From the human T2T-CHM13v2.0 reference genome, Homo sapiens: DNA of 64,000 nt. The translations under genes were made by a program, and so were the position numbers. Location of the stretch: assembly GCF_009914755.1 (NCBI RefSeq), contig NC_060939.1. One strand, 5' to 3'. This document shows positions 17,284 to 34,185 of this stretch, in pieces. Numbering within the stretch: the stretch's first letter is position 1; each line of letters begins with the position of its first letter. The notes under the pieces are model-generated. The model ran no database searches, was not told the origin of the DNA, and saw only the letters and a program-made list of their open reading frames with translations.

Positions 17284-17359
17284 GACTAAAAACCAATGAA
17301 CTGTACATTAAAGGTGAACTTTAGGGTATGTAGATTTTATGTCAATACAGCTGTTTAAA

Positions 17360-17510
17360 AATTTTCATTCTGCCATTTATTGGCTGTGTGATATCACAGT
17401 TACTTAACCTCTATCCCTCAGTTTCCCCATTTGTGAAATGGAAAAAGGATACCAACTTTTTGATGACATATGTAAAGCATTTTGCATGGCATACAGTAGC
17501 TGCTAATTTG
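17360..17510 (+). mobile_element. MIR
   Basis: agttacttaacctctatccctcagtttccccatttgtgaaatgg. Confidence 0.8.
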
Positions 17511-18349
17511 TATCTGCAAACACTAATTATTGAATACAAGAGAGGTAAGTACCAACAGTGGTAAAACCACCCAAACTGATTAAGTTATACAACTCTATGT
17601 GGTCATTATTAGTACATACAACTTTATTAACTGGCATGAGAAGATGGGTAAGACATTACCGAATGAAAAAAGAACTCCTATATATATATATAAAAAATCA
17701 TGAACCCTTACACAAAAACTATTCTTTTGGTATTCCCTATCTCGGTAAATAACACCACCATCCACCAGATGCCCAAAGCAGAAATGTAGGTACCATTCTT
17801 CACTCCGGTCTCCCTCACTCTCCACAGCCAATGCCCAACATAAGAAGCAATGAAATATTGGTTGACAGATTGAGTTTTTTAAGGGGAGCCTGCCTCATCA
17901 GTTCTATTATCCTCAATTATCTTGCGGAAAACAAAAACAGACCAAGTAATGAAACTGGCACTTAATATCTCATAAGCTGGTCACATCAAAACAAAACAAG
18001 AAGAGGCCCAATGTCATTTTGTTTGGCCTACTAAAATCCAAGTGAGCATGAGAATGACCAAGAGCATTTACAGTTTTACCAACTCTGCAGGATGACCTTA
18101 AAGGGACAAACTTGAGCCTCACGTCAGCCTCAAGTTCTTGAAGATTGGTACCCTCTGCAAACTGTGAAGACGACCAAAATACACAATCCTACAAGGTTGT
18201 TTTCCCAAGCTCTCTAGAGTGGTGCCATTGAGAACTGTTAAATCCAGTGACACACAAGGCCCTTTTCACAACTGTAGATTTCTAAGCTGATTCTCAATTT
18301 CAGGAAGGCAACTTCATGAAGGCTAAGATGCAAAGATTTATAACCTGCA

Positions 18350-18465
18350 GAGAGGAGGTCTCGCTGTGTTGCCCAGGCTGAACTTGAAACTCCTGGGCTC
18401 AAGTGCTCCTCCCACCTTGGCCTCCTGAGTAGCTGAGACTACAGGCACGTGCCATTGCCTAGCAC
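18350..18465 (-). mobile_element. FLAM-like Alu monomer
   Basis: Antisense single arm. Confidence 0.8.
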
Positions 18466-18619
18466 AATCTGCATTATCTTAAGGCTACATGCTTCATTCT
18501 TCACTGCCTAATAAACATTAGCCGACTGCCTGCTCTCTATAGTGAGCACCCCAAGGGGCAGCAGATTAGACACAGACTAAACCAAAATAAAGTTTTGAAG
18601 TCTGGAAAAGAACTTTTGG

Positions 18620-18858
18620 CAGGCAGGAGCTCAAAACCAGCCTGGGCAACATGGCGAAACCCTGTTTCTACAAAAAATACAAAACATTAGACAGGTATGG
18701 TGGTACATGCCTGTAGTCCCAGCTACTCAGGAAGCTGAGGTAGGAGGAATGCTTGAACCCAGGAGGCAGAGGTTGCAGTGAGCAGAGATTGTGCCACCAC
18801 ACTCCAGCATGGGTGACAGAGCAAGACCCTGTCTCAAAAAAAAAAAGAAAGAAAAAGA
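18620..18858 (+). mobile_element. AluJ/S, 5'-degenerate
   Basis: Alu motifs with A tail. Confidence 0.85.
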
Positions 18859-20054
18859 ACTAAGACCCGATCCTGTAAACATCCACAACACAGACTACAA
18901 CGTGCTGTAAATGTACATTGTCCTCCAAGCCAAGGTGGCCTGGAGGGACAGAATGTGCCTGGAAATGGGGGTAAAGAGGAAGTTCTAAAGAACACAAGAG
19001 AGTAGAGAGGCATTATCAAAAGTGGTCCAGTGTGGTACAGCATTAGGTATAGGAGAGAAAATTGGAAAAGCCTCATATGCCAAATTAAGGAGTCAGCATT
19101 GTCTTTCAATACACAAAATTGTGTCTTTTCAATACACAAAAATTAACCTAGCTTTTAATTACTGTAATAAAAGTACTATATATATATGGACTACATGGAT
19201 TCCAGATCCTGGCCACATCTAAAGGCAAGTAAATAACAAAGTGAGTCTTAGAAGGAGACCACCAGCAACTACATGACAGATAAGTGGCAGAAGGATTAGT
19301 GAGAAAGTACCACAGTAGTCTAGGGAACAGATGCAGACTTGGGAGTCTGGGAGAAAGGTATTCCTTAGGAGAGGAAGGAAATCTTACTATTTCAAGGAGT
19401 CTGAAAAAAAAATCTAATTTAGGAATGTGTCTGGTCACCCTGCCCCACTCCTAATCCTGTTAGGAACATACACACCTTCCCAAATCAAGGCAAATGATAT
19501 CTGACATGCCTCCCTCCCCTTCTCTCACATACATCAAGCCAGAGCTCTAGCTTAAGATGACATTATAATAAAAGTGAATGAGGTGTTCAATGTATATTCC
19601 AAACTGTTTCATCTTATAATTACCAATGTTTGCCTTAACCAATTTGGAAGGAAAAAAAAAAAATCAAAGCCAGGACTGTCAGATGGCGAACAGATCTACT
19701 ACTCTCCTTTGTGTACAATAGGGATAAAAGTAATACTATCTCATAAGGCTTTTTGTGAATTAATGCACATAAAGTACTTAGCATAGGGCCTGACATGTAA
19801 TTATGTGCTGAACCAACGAATACTGTCTATCAGTCGTATCATTATTATTATTCAGAGGCCACCACAGGGATCCTTGAGGAAGGATCTATTGGCTCATTAA
19901 GTGAACCAAAGACCTATGGCAACTATTTCTCTGAAGACTCCAGGCCCTTCTATTCCTGGTACCCCCTAACTCTTCCTCTTAATCATTTGACTTAAAATGC
20001 TTAATTAAAAGGCAAGAGATATGATTCAAATAGACCTAAGGGCTGAATCCACTA

Positions 20055-20726
<672 letters not shown>

Positions 20727-20755
20727 CTGTGTATATTCACACACACACACACACA

Positions 20756-21058
20756 TTTTTTAAGAGATGGGGTCTTGTTCTGTCCCCTAGGTTGGAGCAC
20801 AGTGCTGCAATCACAGCTCACTGCAGCCTTGATCTCCTGGGCTCAAGCAATCTTCCTGCCTCAGCGTCCCAAGTAGCTGGACTACAGACAGGCGCCACCA
20901 TGCCCAGCTAATTTTTTTTTTTAACTTTTTTTTTTCCCCTCAGAGAAAAGGTCTCGCTATGTTGTCCAGGCTGGTCTTGAATTCCCGGGCTCAAGCGCTG
21001 CTCCTGCCTCAGCCTCTCAAAGTGCTGGGATTACAGGCATGAGCTACCACATCTAGCC
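20756..21058 (-). mobile_element. AluJ with adjacent (CA)n
   Basis: Antisense Alu. Confidence 0.88.
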
Positions 21059-21610
21059 AATACTGATCCTTTTAAACCGTCCAGTTATATGAATTCATAG
21101 TTCCTCATTTTCAAAACAGAAACCTACTATCCACCCCATACTCACAGACCCATTTACTTTGTGTAGTCCATCTGAACTTTCATCAATGTATAGATCTGCA
21201 TTCAGACCAATGTTTTACCATGATAAAAAATGTTTTTCTCTTGGTTATTCTACTATTGCCTGACAGTTCCTGCCCTTATTTTCAGCATATTTTGCCATAA
21301 AGTGAGGTCACTTGTAGCTTTTTTTTGACCTTTAGTTGGTCTTCTACTGTCAACGGGAAAGAAGGCTTTAAGATAAATCAGAGACTTAATAGAGTGCAAA
21401 CCTTAATACTACCGAAAATCAGGAGTCAACAGGAAGAATTACTTGGCAATGCTGTAAAACAAAAACAATTCTTTAATTAAAAAATTAATTTAAAAACAAT
21501 TGTTTAATGCTAATGATATAGACACAAATACCCTCAAGATAAAACTAGTTCTACCTATCTACCTATTGTTAGAAAGAATGGCTTTTGAGGAAACTCACCT
21601 AATACAAGTT

Positions 21611-21903
<293 letters not shown>

Positions 21904-23084
21904 TAATCCAAGTTATTTTAGATCAGGCCTCAATTTTCTCCTCTCCAATAGATAAGAGCTGACACTCCTATCATGAAACTGTTTTCCTATAGCCATGATC
22001 ATCAACTAGGACAACAAAGGTGAGGGAAATGGTCTGAAGAAAAGCATTTCCCTCCTCCACAAAGGAAAATCCTCCTCCTCCTCCTTAAAAGTGGGAATCA
22101 TTGTTTTGAAAAGCAGAAAGAACACAGGCTTTGCAATACAAACACCAGGTCTACCACTTAGGTATCACTCTGAGCCTTGGTTACCTAAAGGTATAAAAAA
22201 AAAAAAAAGAGGGTAGCACCTACTTTGCAGACTTCGTAGTAGTCAGAAATACATAAAGTACATGGATATGCTCAATAAATACTTTTAGTGGCAGATGTCC
22301 AATTACACACCAGTTATTAAATTATATCACTGTTACTCAGAGGTATGGTTTCAACTTATTCATCCTAGCCAAGTTCATCAAGAAGCTTATTTACTTGTTT
22401 TAGCATATAACTGGTTTTTTTTTTTTTCCATCTATGGTTCAGAAGTATCACTCATAACTTTTTCTTTAAAAATCTGAACCACACTTTGTAGATATGTTTG
22501 CTAAAGATCCCCAAATTTTATATTTATTTGTATAGAAGAAATGAACAATTGTCTAATTTGGAAACCTTGGCCCTGCCTTTAAATATCATACTCCCCAGAC
22601 CCAGCATTGTGATAGGATGGCCATTCTGGCAGCTCAAAATCTTTACTTGGGGATACTCACCTGTCGTAAATGAATGCCAACTATCATCTCTGGGTTGATT
22701 TTTATTCAGTTTGCCTTTAATGGACAACATAATACCAATGCTGAAGACCCTTCAAGACTATTACTATTAATCATGTACAATGGATTAATAGCCAGTTGAG
22801 AAATTTATAGAAGACTGTTTGAAGGGCCCAAGGTTTACTCAGTCCTCCAGAGAGAGTTCTAAAACTGGGGTCCCATGGATTGGAATGTAGTAATCCTCCT
22901 GACAAAAATGTGTTCACACTAAAAATTTTTCTGAAGTATTTTTCCTCCATTTAATCAGATGGTTTTTAAATGCATTGGTCTTGAACATTTAGACTTTTTT
23001 AATTAAGCCAGAGTAGCAGAAAGTAATATACTTAGATGTCCCAAATAACTGGTTCTGCTGAGACGTACTCTGGCAATTTGCCTT

Positions 23085-23403
<319 letters not shown>

Positions 23404-23749
23404 TAATAAAGCTAAACAAAATTTCTATAGCACGGATACTCAGGATTTTAGGCATATTCTATTACGATTTTGAAGAGCCCTTATATGAACACTCATTTAG
23501 AGAAATGTCATTCAGACCACAGATCAGGAAATGCTACAGATTCCCATGAAGAATACATTTTCCTTATGGAAGAATGTAAGTCTTCTAGCCAAATTTCTCT
23601 ATTTGCTTTAGTCACCAGCTCACTCAAAGCCAGATTTTGGCTCTACTTTAATGACTCTATAGTTTGCTGAGAGATGCTTCTCTGTGTTTAAATTTCTCCT
23701 TGGTCCTACCTCAAGTCTTCTATGCAACAATGTCAGGAATAAAAATTTA

Positions 23750-23828
23750 TCAGGTTGGTCCATATGAAATTGTCAGTATTTTACCTTTTTCAACCAACAA
23801 AATGGCAATTTCACATAGTTCAACCTAA
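23750..23828. mobile_element. MADE2 mariner-type MITE (palindromic)
   Basis: aggttggtccatatgaaattg ... caatttcacatagttcaaccta inverted repeat with TA flanks. Confidence 0.8.
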
Positions 23829-25997
23829 TATTATTTCGTAAATGCTGACAACCCACTAGGTTAGATGTTGAGATTACAGATATGTATATATAAAACATAC
23901 TCCTTGCCCTCAGGAGAATTATTCAGGTAGGAAAAAGAAACAAATCTAGTTAGCTAAGTGGAGATCAAGCATAAAATGCTATAGAAGAGAGGAATAAAGT
24001 AGGGTATCTAAAATGGTTTCACAACTCAGATGTTTTGGCTAGAGAATAATGAAAATGCAGAATTTCAATAAGCAGGCATGAGAAAAAGCATTAACACACA
24101 GAGAACAAGCACAGAGAGGATACAGAACACAGTAAATTCAAGAAAACAAAGTAGTCCAACAGGGCTGGACAGGAAGGCTCACCAGGAATAAACGAGATAA
24201 AGCTACAGGTCCTAACCTCCTTCCTGTGTCGGAAAGATAAATCCATCAACAGATACAAGATCTCCTCTCCCTGCATCACCTGACTTTCCTCTCTTCTCCA
24301 CTGGCTCCCCTTCAGTTTGTCAGTATGTTCAAGACTCTTTCACCTTAAAAAACCACCACACCTTCCTTGATTTAAAATATCCTCCCAATTCATTGCCAAT
24401 TTCTTCTGCTATACTATCAACCTTCTTGAAAATATATGATCTTTATTTAACTTCCTGTTCATCCTCTCAATCCACAATGTCCTGCCAGCACTGATCTCTC
24501 CCCTTCCCCAAAAAGACACTAAACAACTGCTCCCAAATTAATGCCTTCATAGCTGCCAAATCCAACTGATACTTCAAGTCTATCTTACCCTGCATCTTTG
24601 TAGGATCTGACCCTTCAGCTATTCTCCACTCAAGTCAGGAATCACTTTCTCCTGGCTCTCCCTTTCCATCTCTGGTTATTCTTCATTTTTCATAGGGTAC
24701 ATCTATTGTCCAATGTTCTTTTTGCTCTCTTAACTCAGTGTGGAAGAGGAAATACTACAATTTCCAGGACAGGTTTATGAGAACATTAGAGAATATTTCA
24801 TACCAAAACACCTCAAGAATATTGAAAGCACATGGTCACTATAATTTTAACTCTCATCACTTACCTGTCACACTGCTAACTGTATGGACTGTAAGCTCAC
24901 CAATCTGATAAACTATAAAGGTCCCTCACAACCTGTATCTCAGCACTGCCCCAGAATAGTATCTGCTGCATTTGCAGGCACTCAATACAGATACCACATG
25001 AAAGGCAGACCCGTATCACACTCCTGTCATAGGTATTTTTACCACCTCACTCATAACCTTCATAAATGGTAGTGACTCCTTTCTTAAGATTTTAGATACA
25101 TCAAGAGAAATATTCATCAATTCTACCTCTTCTCCCTGTCAAAATTCTCAGCCACTAAAGTCATTTTGGGATTTGGGGTTTTAGGTTTGGACCACAGACC
25201 ATTCTTCATCAATAAAAAAACAAAGGCTCCAGAGTTGTCTCAGAGCTGTTCTTGGACCTGGTCTCCATCACCTCTCCATATAATGCTTCTCTGGCTGCCT
25301 TGATGCAGAAGAGGGAACTTGGAGTCTGGGATTCTGATTTAAGCCCCAGTGCTCCATTAACTAGGGAACTTTGACCAAGATTTTCAATTTCTCTAAGCAG
25401 GTCTTTTTATTTGTAATGTGAGAATGACAGAGTCTCATAAATTCTCCTGAGGAATAAAAGAAACTAAAGGCTCTGGACAGTTGGTCTACATGACCCTACT
25501 CTTGCCCTCACCAATTTGACACAGCTTCCATTACTATCCTTTTTCTGCACTTACTGACAAGGTATCCTTCTTCCTATTTAAAAAGCAATTTTGGAGTCCA
25601 TTTTTTCTCATACCCACAGGGCCTCTTGGTTATACCTGCCACAGCTCTCACACCTTTGTAAACATCATCAGGTCTCTCCCATGTTTAGAACTTTTCTTAA
25701 CCCTGCTCTTCCCTCTAGTAGCCAGCCTGTCTTTCCCTAGCATCCCCATCAGCCCTCCGTACGGAGTACCCCATCTCTACGGCCTTTACTCATCTCTTTA
25801 ACCCTCGAAGGCAAGCATCAGATGCTTCTCTCCCTTTCCACACATGCTATTCTGAAACACTTTTTTTCAAACCAAGTTCACTGTGCCTTATCAAATCCTA
25901 TGGACATTTCCTGAGCCTTTTAAGACGTCTTCATTCCTGCCTGGATATTCTTACAGGATCTCTGGAAAGTACAAATCTAATCACCTACTCCAGAGGG

Positions 25998-27346
25998 CAG
26001 TGGTCCACAAACTTTTTGGTCTGAGGACTCCTTTATACTCTTAAAAATTACTGAGGTAATTTTAAGTACTTTTAATTACTCAAGAGCTTTTTGTGTAAGT
26101 AGGTCATATGAATATTCACCCATTAGAAATTAAAAAGGGGTAGATTTATTAACCATTAAAAAAACCTATTACATATTAACACAATGATTTTCCAAGACAA
26201 AAAAAATTTATGGAGTGGCATTGACATTTTTGCAGATCTCTTTAGTATCTGGTTTAATATAAGATAGCGGGATTTTCTGGTCTGTTTCTGTATTTAATGT
26301 GTTGTCATGTGTTATTCTGGTTGAAGTATATGAAGAAAATCCAGCCTCACACAGATACATAGTTGGAAAAAGGAGTATTTTAATATCATTGTCAGACAAC
26401 TGTGGCTATTAATACTACACCAAAATTCCCAACAAATGGTAACTTCTTAAAGATTAGTTACAATATGGAATCTGAAACCATATGTACTCTTCATATGCTG
26501 TTACATTAAAACACATGGGTCAATCTTGCATTTTGGATGGATCTTTTACTCCTATCTGTTAGTCATTTGACAAATATTGGCTTGAATTATGCAAATATAA
26601 CAAACGTTGACACACTAGTTAATAGTAAATAGTACCACCAATCTCACCAGGGGACTTCAAGTATTGGGGCAAGTGTCAAGCTCATGTGGTGGCAGATAAA
26701 GGTCTTCCAAAATTCTTATTTTTTTCTTCAGTGCTCAAATTGTATCACTGGCAACAAATAAAGTGAGCTATTTCTTATGAAGTGACTGACTTACTTGGTT
26801 GATTTTCAAGAAAATGTCTGCCAAATACCCAAAGTTGAATAACCATAGTTTGTTAGTTGTTCTTCTGGTAAAGAAAAAAAAGGTTTTCAAAGGAAAAAAA
26901 GAGGCTTATTCTTGAAACTCAGTCACATTTCCTTGAGACAATCATCATACTTGGATATGAAGCAAAAGTACTTTATACTGACTTCTCATTTGTCACACAG
27001 AATATTAAAGGCATATATTCAAGGGCTGAGATGTAATGAAATTAATTTTACTGCTTCCTCAAGGACATTTGTAAGTGACACTGGCTTTTCTGGGAATGTG
27101 TACCATGAAGAATACAATGACTGCTACTACAGTTTAATGGCATTGCCCTGATTCCTGCTAAGTAAGTGCCAGCTGTTTTACTCACCCCCATTGCTTTTGC
27201 ACTATCGGTACAAATGTCAACACAGTGGGGTGGGGGAGCAGAAATCAACCACGTCTTAGAATTATAAAAATACTTCTGACTTTATAGCCTCTTAAAGGGT
27301 TTTGGTGACCACTAGGCAGGCATGGACCTAGCTTGGAGAACTGCTG
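25998..27346. mobile_element. Charlie1/Charlie1a hAT DNA transposon
   Basis: Termini cagtggtccacaaac ... ttggagaactgctg; characteristic internal sequence. Confidence 0.82.
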
Positions 27347-27848
27347 CCACAGAGTAAAGGCCAAGTTCCTTATCAATAGCATATAAAACCCTTCATGGTC
27401 CGCCTTCAGCTTAGTGGCCAAGTTAAGTCCCTCCTGGTCTATTCCTACTTTATTCTGTTGTGTGTTCCCTCTCAATAAAAGGACAATAGTTATAAGTGTG
27501 TATCTTGATCAACATTCACTTATCTGTACATACCGGAGCAACCACCACACACAGCAAGACACAGAACATTTCCAACACTCTATAAGGTTCCCCTGTGCCC
27601 TTTCCCACACTATCCCCCAAAGAGTTTACTATTCAGGCTTCTGTTGTTACCAGTTAGTTTTGCCCATTTTTGAACCTCTTATAAATGCAATCATGTGGGT
27701 ATTCTTTTGGGTCTGGCTTTTTTTTTTTCCCCACTTAACTTAGTATCTGACATGTCTACACATTAAAGTATAGAACAGTGGTTTTTATCACTGTGCTACA
27801 TATTAATAGATGTGGATATATGTATTTATCCATATTCCTGCTCAAGGG

Positions 27849-28372
27849 TGTACAGAAAAGATTTAAAGTAACAGGTCTGACTGGTGTCTTTTAGCTACCA
27901 TCTGGGAACCTAAATTTTGAGTTCCCACCATTCCCAGAACTGAGTGACTTACTATACCCAAAGGAACAAACAATATGGTTTATGCTGAACATCGGCTTTC
28001 CTCCTGGAGTCTGAAATTTTGGTACATTTCAGGCAGAGGCTACCTATTCAACCAGTCCTCAGACACACACGCGCAAACACTCTCTCTCTCTCTCTCTCTC
28101 TGGGTGCCCAGATTCTAACAAGCTATTCTGGCTGGCAACATTTTACATATGTTGTCAGTTGTAGGGGAATTAAACTATGTCCTGTTTAACTCTCCCGGGA
28201 AAAGAACATTGGAAGCTTGTACCAGATTTCACCCCACGTGCCTTTTCCCTTTGATGGTTTTTCTCCATATCCTTTAGCTGTAAGCTTAGCTATGAGAACC
28301 ACTATATGCTGACTCCTGTGAATCTTCCTAGTCAATCATCTAATTTAGGCACTGTCTTGGGGGACCAGACAT
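27849..28372 (+). mobile_element. MER68-like solo LTR nested in an antisense L1
   Basis: tgtacagaaaagatttaa...ggtttatgctgaaca...tcttgggggacc..aca. Confidence 0.75.
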
Positions 28373-30504
28373 AACAGGCGTTTGTTGTTTTGTCCTATTT
28401 TTAGGGACAGGGTCTGGATATGTGGTCCAGACCAGAATTGAACTCCTAGGCTCAAGGGATTCTCCTGCCTCAGCCTCCCCGGTAGCTGGTACTACAGGTG
28501 CCACAACTAGCTTGCTTTTTCTTCAGATTTTGAATATTATGAATAAAACTGCTGTGAATATTCTTGTGCATGCCTTTTTATACTCATATGTGCTCATTTC
28601 TCTTGCACATAGGAACACAAGTGGACTACCAGGTCATAAGCTAGTACCCCTTGCGCTTAAAATTCTAGCAATACTGTACTTCTAGTTGCCTAAAAACAGC
28701 CCTGTTTCATATCTCCTTGTCCTTATACATGTTGTTCCTTTTGCCTAGAATGTCCTTCCCACTCCCTACACTATGCCTGTTTTGGCAATAACCTTTAAAT
28801 CTTTTACCTGCCTACTTCTGATGTTATTTCTGATGAGGAAAAGGAAGAAATTGGTTCTGTTTTTATATCTGCTGGGTTTAACATACCTCAGATAGATACA
28901 CGCATTCGGTAGTCCAATCAGAAGTATAAGTCTTCAGAACAACCAAGGCTAAAGAGCTCAATCTAAAACTTGGGCACACAACAGTCAACTGGTGCTTCTA
29001 TAGGAACACATGGGTCTCCTGTATATATAAGGAGACAGGAATGATCCAACAGGGTTGAACTGTGAAGAATGCGGCATTTGGGGAGAAAAGGAAGCCTGCA
29101 AGTACCAAGACAAGACAAGATTGATCAGATAAGGAAAAAAAAAAAAAAGGAAGCCATAGTCTTACAAACCAAATGGACATTTCAAGTACAATAAGAGACC
29201 AACACAGCAGAGGTAAGAGTGTATGAATTTTACAAATAGTACTAGTCTAGAAATGAGAAAACGTGGGTTCAAGTTCTGTCTCTATTCCCTGCTCACAGTA
29301 TAAAATTAGGGTAATCACTTTCCATTCTAAACTTAATTCTCCTAGTCCATGAAAAGAGGATGTCAGAGATTATATCTGGCTTTGGTGTCAACTCCAAGTT
29401 ATATGTAGGAGACAGGTCTCTAACACCTTTTGAGCTTCACAACAATTCCAAGATTACAGCTTTAAAAAAAAACAAAAACAAAAACAAAAAGCCTCAGGAG
29501 AAAGGGCAGACACATGGGAGACAGACAGATGGTGTCAGGGCCAGAACCCAGGAGCACAAAGCCAGAATGCAGAGAGCACAGGTGTTAAGTAGTAAGAGAT
29601 TAAGTGTTCTGTAAAAAGACACAAAAAAACCAACCTGCCCTTCACAGTAACTGTTCTCTTCCAACAGAGGAGAGCTACTCCCACACTTTTATCAAAGGGG
29701 ATTGTAGGAAGTGGGGCTAAATCTGTCAGGATGGTACATAAAGCAGCATATTATGCTGGCCAAGAATAAAGAAACAAGTAACACTCTTAGTCAAGTTACT
29801 CCTAAAATCAATAGCTACTTGCAACCAAGACCCGTTTTTAGCATACAAACCAACCTTTAGACCTGCCCTCTGGGGATTCTCCTGTTACCTCAGGGGAACT
29901 CATCACGAATGCCTTAAATAAATCAAAACAAAGAGTGTTAACTCACTATAATTTAAAAGGACTGTTCCACCATTCAAGAATACAAAAAAAAAAAAAAAGA
30001 ATTCAAAGGTTATCCATGCCTAAGTGTTCTCCTGAACTACTGAAAGTAAAGCTCAACCCCAGTCAGTCAGGAATCCTCCCAGGTCCAAGTTAATCAAAAC
30101 CACGTTATATATTAGGGTGGCAAAATAATCCCTAACATTGGGCTTTAAAATGACACCTAATAAAATTCATTGGAAATTACATCTACAATGTGAATTTAGC
30201 ACTCTGAAATTTGGATACTAACTTTTTACAGCAAGTCAGATAATTTTCCTATGAAAATATGAAATATTACATCATACATGTTTTAGTTCAATCTTTTTCA
30301 GCTAGTTTACTATGATTGAGAAATGCACTGTTGGGGCAGGTCCTATCTTCAACATAAAAACTTTCTACGGAATCTGTGCTCACAGAAGATGAGACGCTCT
30401 AAAGCAGGCTGCAACAACGGCAGGAAAAAACTAAGGGCATTTCCAAAACTGCAATGTTGGGTGCAAAGGAAGCAAAGTTCATGGTGACCAAAAAGCTTTA
30501 AGAG

Positions 30505-30786
30505 CCTGCATGGTGGCTCATACCTGTAATCCCAATACTCTGGGAGGCTGAGGCAGGAGGATGGCTTGAGCCGAGGATAAGCCTGGCCAACATAGTGAAA
30601 CCCCATCTCAAAGAAAAAATTTTTTAAAAAGTAGCCAAACATGTTGAATGGCTGTAGTCCTAGCTACTTCGGAGGCTGAGGCTGAAGGATCCCTTAAGCC
30701 AGGGAGCTTTGAGGCTGCAGTAAGCTGTGATTGCACCACTGCCCGCCAGCCTGGGTGACACAGTGAGACCTTGTCTCAAAAAAAAC
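30505..30786 (+). mobile_element. AluJ
   Basis: Diverged dimer. Confidence 0.87.
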
Positions 30787-31579
30787 CTTAATAATAAAAT
30801 CTTAAAAGGCTTAAGAAACGGTAAAGGGTGCAATCAGTGCTTCTGGGTCTTAATTCAAACAAGAGAAGCAAAATTCTTACATAACCCCCTCTACCATAAC
30901 TTCTAGGTGCAAACCACGTCCTACCCTTTAGCCTCAGGGGCTTTCTGGCAAATTCTCCCCAGAGTCAGTACAGTTTATATACCGCCTAGGAAAAGCACAT
31001 TTGCAGAACAGGATGAGATTAGCACAACTTCTCCATAGCAGAGAAAATAATTTGTTATTTGATCCCATGATTCTTTTACTGCCTCCAATACTAGCTACTA
31101 AAAACAGTGTAAACATTAATATTTAGGTTTGGTGTGCATTTCTGTCTCAAACTGTAAGCCAAAAGTACTAATACTCTAATTTTCCCTTAAAATAAACATA
31201 ACTTTAGAAAATAATCATTTAGCTAAGGGACCTGAAACCAATGAATGAGAAAGCCTGCACAGACAACACCTAACGTTATAAATGCAAAAATAACACCAGC
31301 AGAGAGCTACTTTAGTCACCTCACCCTTCCCCTCCCCAGCACACTCCACACCCCCAAATCCACAAACACTGAACTCATAGCTGAGTGCCTTGCTGGTAAA
31401 GGTTGCTAAGAAGCAGCTAGAGGCAGGTAACATTTTAAAGTTTTCATCTTTCCAAAAACTTTCCAGGATACAGGTAAGAAAGCTATCTAGCTTGTGTCTG
31501 AGTTTACATTCTCACAGAAAAAAATTCTTTGGCAAAAGCTCTGAATATGCTTTTTACTCCTTTAAATCCTTGGGAATGA

Positions 31580-31947
<368 letters not shown>

Positions 31948-33384
31948 CTAAGTTTTATCCAGAATTGAAACCCCAGCCCCTCATTTCTGGGGCAGGGCTA
32001 TTTTATGCCCCGGGAGCTTATCTCAGATTTTACCACAGACTGCTTTAAAAAAATTTTTTTTAACCTTTATTAATTCTTCCTGGAAATCTAAGAGACAGCA
32101 TTATGGGAATCTTAGCTAAGACAGACAAGGTGAGATTTAGTAAGCTCCATGTTACTTTTACAGGTCTTAAAACAATTATATAATTTCAAATTTGCCTTGC
32201 CTCAGACAGAAAAAGTTAGTACTGAAATTTTAACTGTCCTGAAAAAAAGGAGCCTTTTGTGCAGAGGGTTGGGAGGGTCACCCCCACAGTGGGAGGAGCC
32301 TGCCTTCCCCAGACCTCCGGCTCTCAGGATCAGCTAACTGCTCTGACATACATTGTGGAATGATAGACACAGCACATTCCTCCTAACATCAGCACTGCTG
32401 TACTAACACTCAGAAGACCCACACTGACTTCTACAGCAACTGGGATTCCTGCCAATGCAGTTAAGGTTCACTTTGCCTATAAATGTGACCAGCTCCCAGA
32501 CCACCACCTTTTTTCTAGAATGTACGCCACCAATAACCCCTTGATCCTTTGACATAACAGAACACACATAATAGGCTGGGCTACGGCACCAGAAGGACCT
32601 AGGTTCACACAATTCCATCACTTAACAGCCTTGTGACTTGATTTCTAAAGCCTGTTTCCTTTTCTGCAAAACAGCGGGGAAATCCAAAACGGATGTTTTA
32701 AGACAGATTCCAAACTAGCCTTCAGGTTGAATCCAACATTAAAGACATGTTACATTTGGTCTATAGTGTTTAAAATTTTTTTAATGCTACATTTAAAAGT
32801 CAGGAGATCCATCAAAATAGAGATAGCCAGTTTAGAAGCAAGTCAAAGATCCACCGACTCTGGGCCCACATTTTTGCTGAGCAACAATCAGCTAGTGGCT
32901 GCTCCTTTCAAAGAGGCACATACTCTGTAGTTCAGAAGCCATTACCTTTCTTTCCTCCTCCTTTGCTCATTTATGTTACCTCTGGCCCCTATAGGGTTTG
33001 AGTTTGCAACCCATTTTAAAGACTAAGAATAAAACTAATGGTTGTGCTCAGTGAAAATGCTTATTAAGGCAGCTATTATCATTTGGTCACTAGTTAAGTT
33101 TGGTGCTGAGCCTGGAGTCTTACTACTTTATCTTCCTCCTCCACTTTTTACTTCATGGGCACTGGTTTGTGCACTACAGCGAAAGAAAAGCACATAGAAC
33201 CATTCCTGTATCAAACGCCTATGGCCTAACCCAAACTGCAAACGGTTCCATGATTATTCACCACAGGCATCAGCTCTCCAACCTCTGATGTGCTGCACAG
33301 GCTGGCACAACCTCCCTCCCACACATGGGAGCCTAGACCAGGGAGTTGTTTACAAGACAAACGGTTCGGAGGGGGGAAACCAAG

Positions 33385-33681
33385 TTTTGTTTTGTTTTTT
33401 GAGACGAAGTCTCGCTCTGTCGTTCAGGCTGGAGTGCAGTGGCTGATCTCGGCTCACTGCAACTTCCACTTCCTGGGTTTAAGCGATTCTCCTGCCTCAG
33501 CCTCCCAAGTAGCTTCGATTATAGGCGCCCACCACCATGCCCGGCTAATTTTTGTATTTTTAGGAGAGACGGGAATTCACCTTGTTGGCCAGGCTGGTCT
33601 TGAACTTCTGACCTCAGGTGATCTGCCCGCCTGGGCCTCCCAAAGTGCTGGGATTAAAGGCGTGAGTCATGGGGCCGGGCC
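33385..33681 (-). mobile_element. AluSx-like
   Basis: Antisense dimer. Confidence 0.9.
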
Positions 33682-33817
33682 GTACTTTTTTATTACAAAG
33701 GTTGACTTACACACAGAGTAGTCAACTTCCAAATCCTACTTCTATAAACTGAGCAGGCACTACCAGGCCACCCAAAGTTTAAATCGCCGTGACAAAAAAT
33801 TTAAAAAGCGAAACTCA

Positions 33818-34185
<368 letters not shown>

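Noticed and set aside
19098-19144. Small local duplication (tgtctttcaatacacaaaatt x2); similar ones at ~4141-4190 and ~63350-63392
   Set aside because: Ordinary slippage events with no sign of function.
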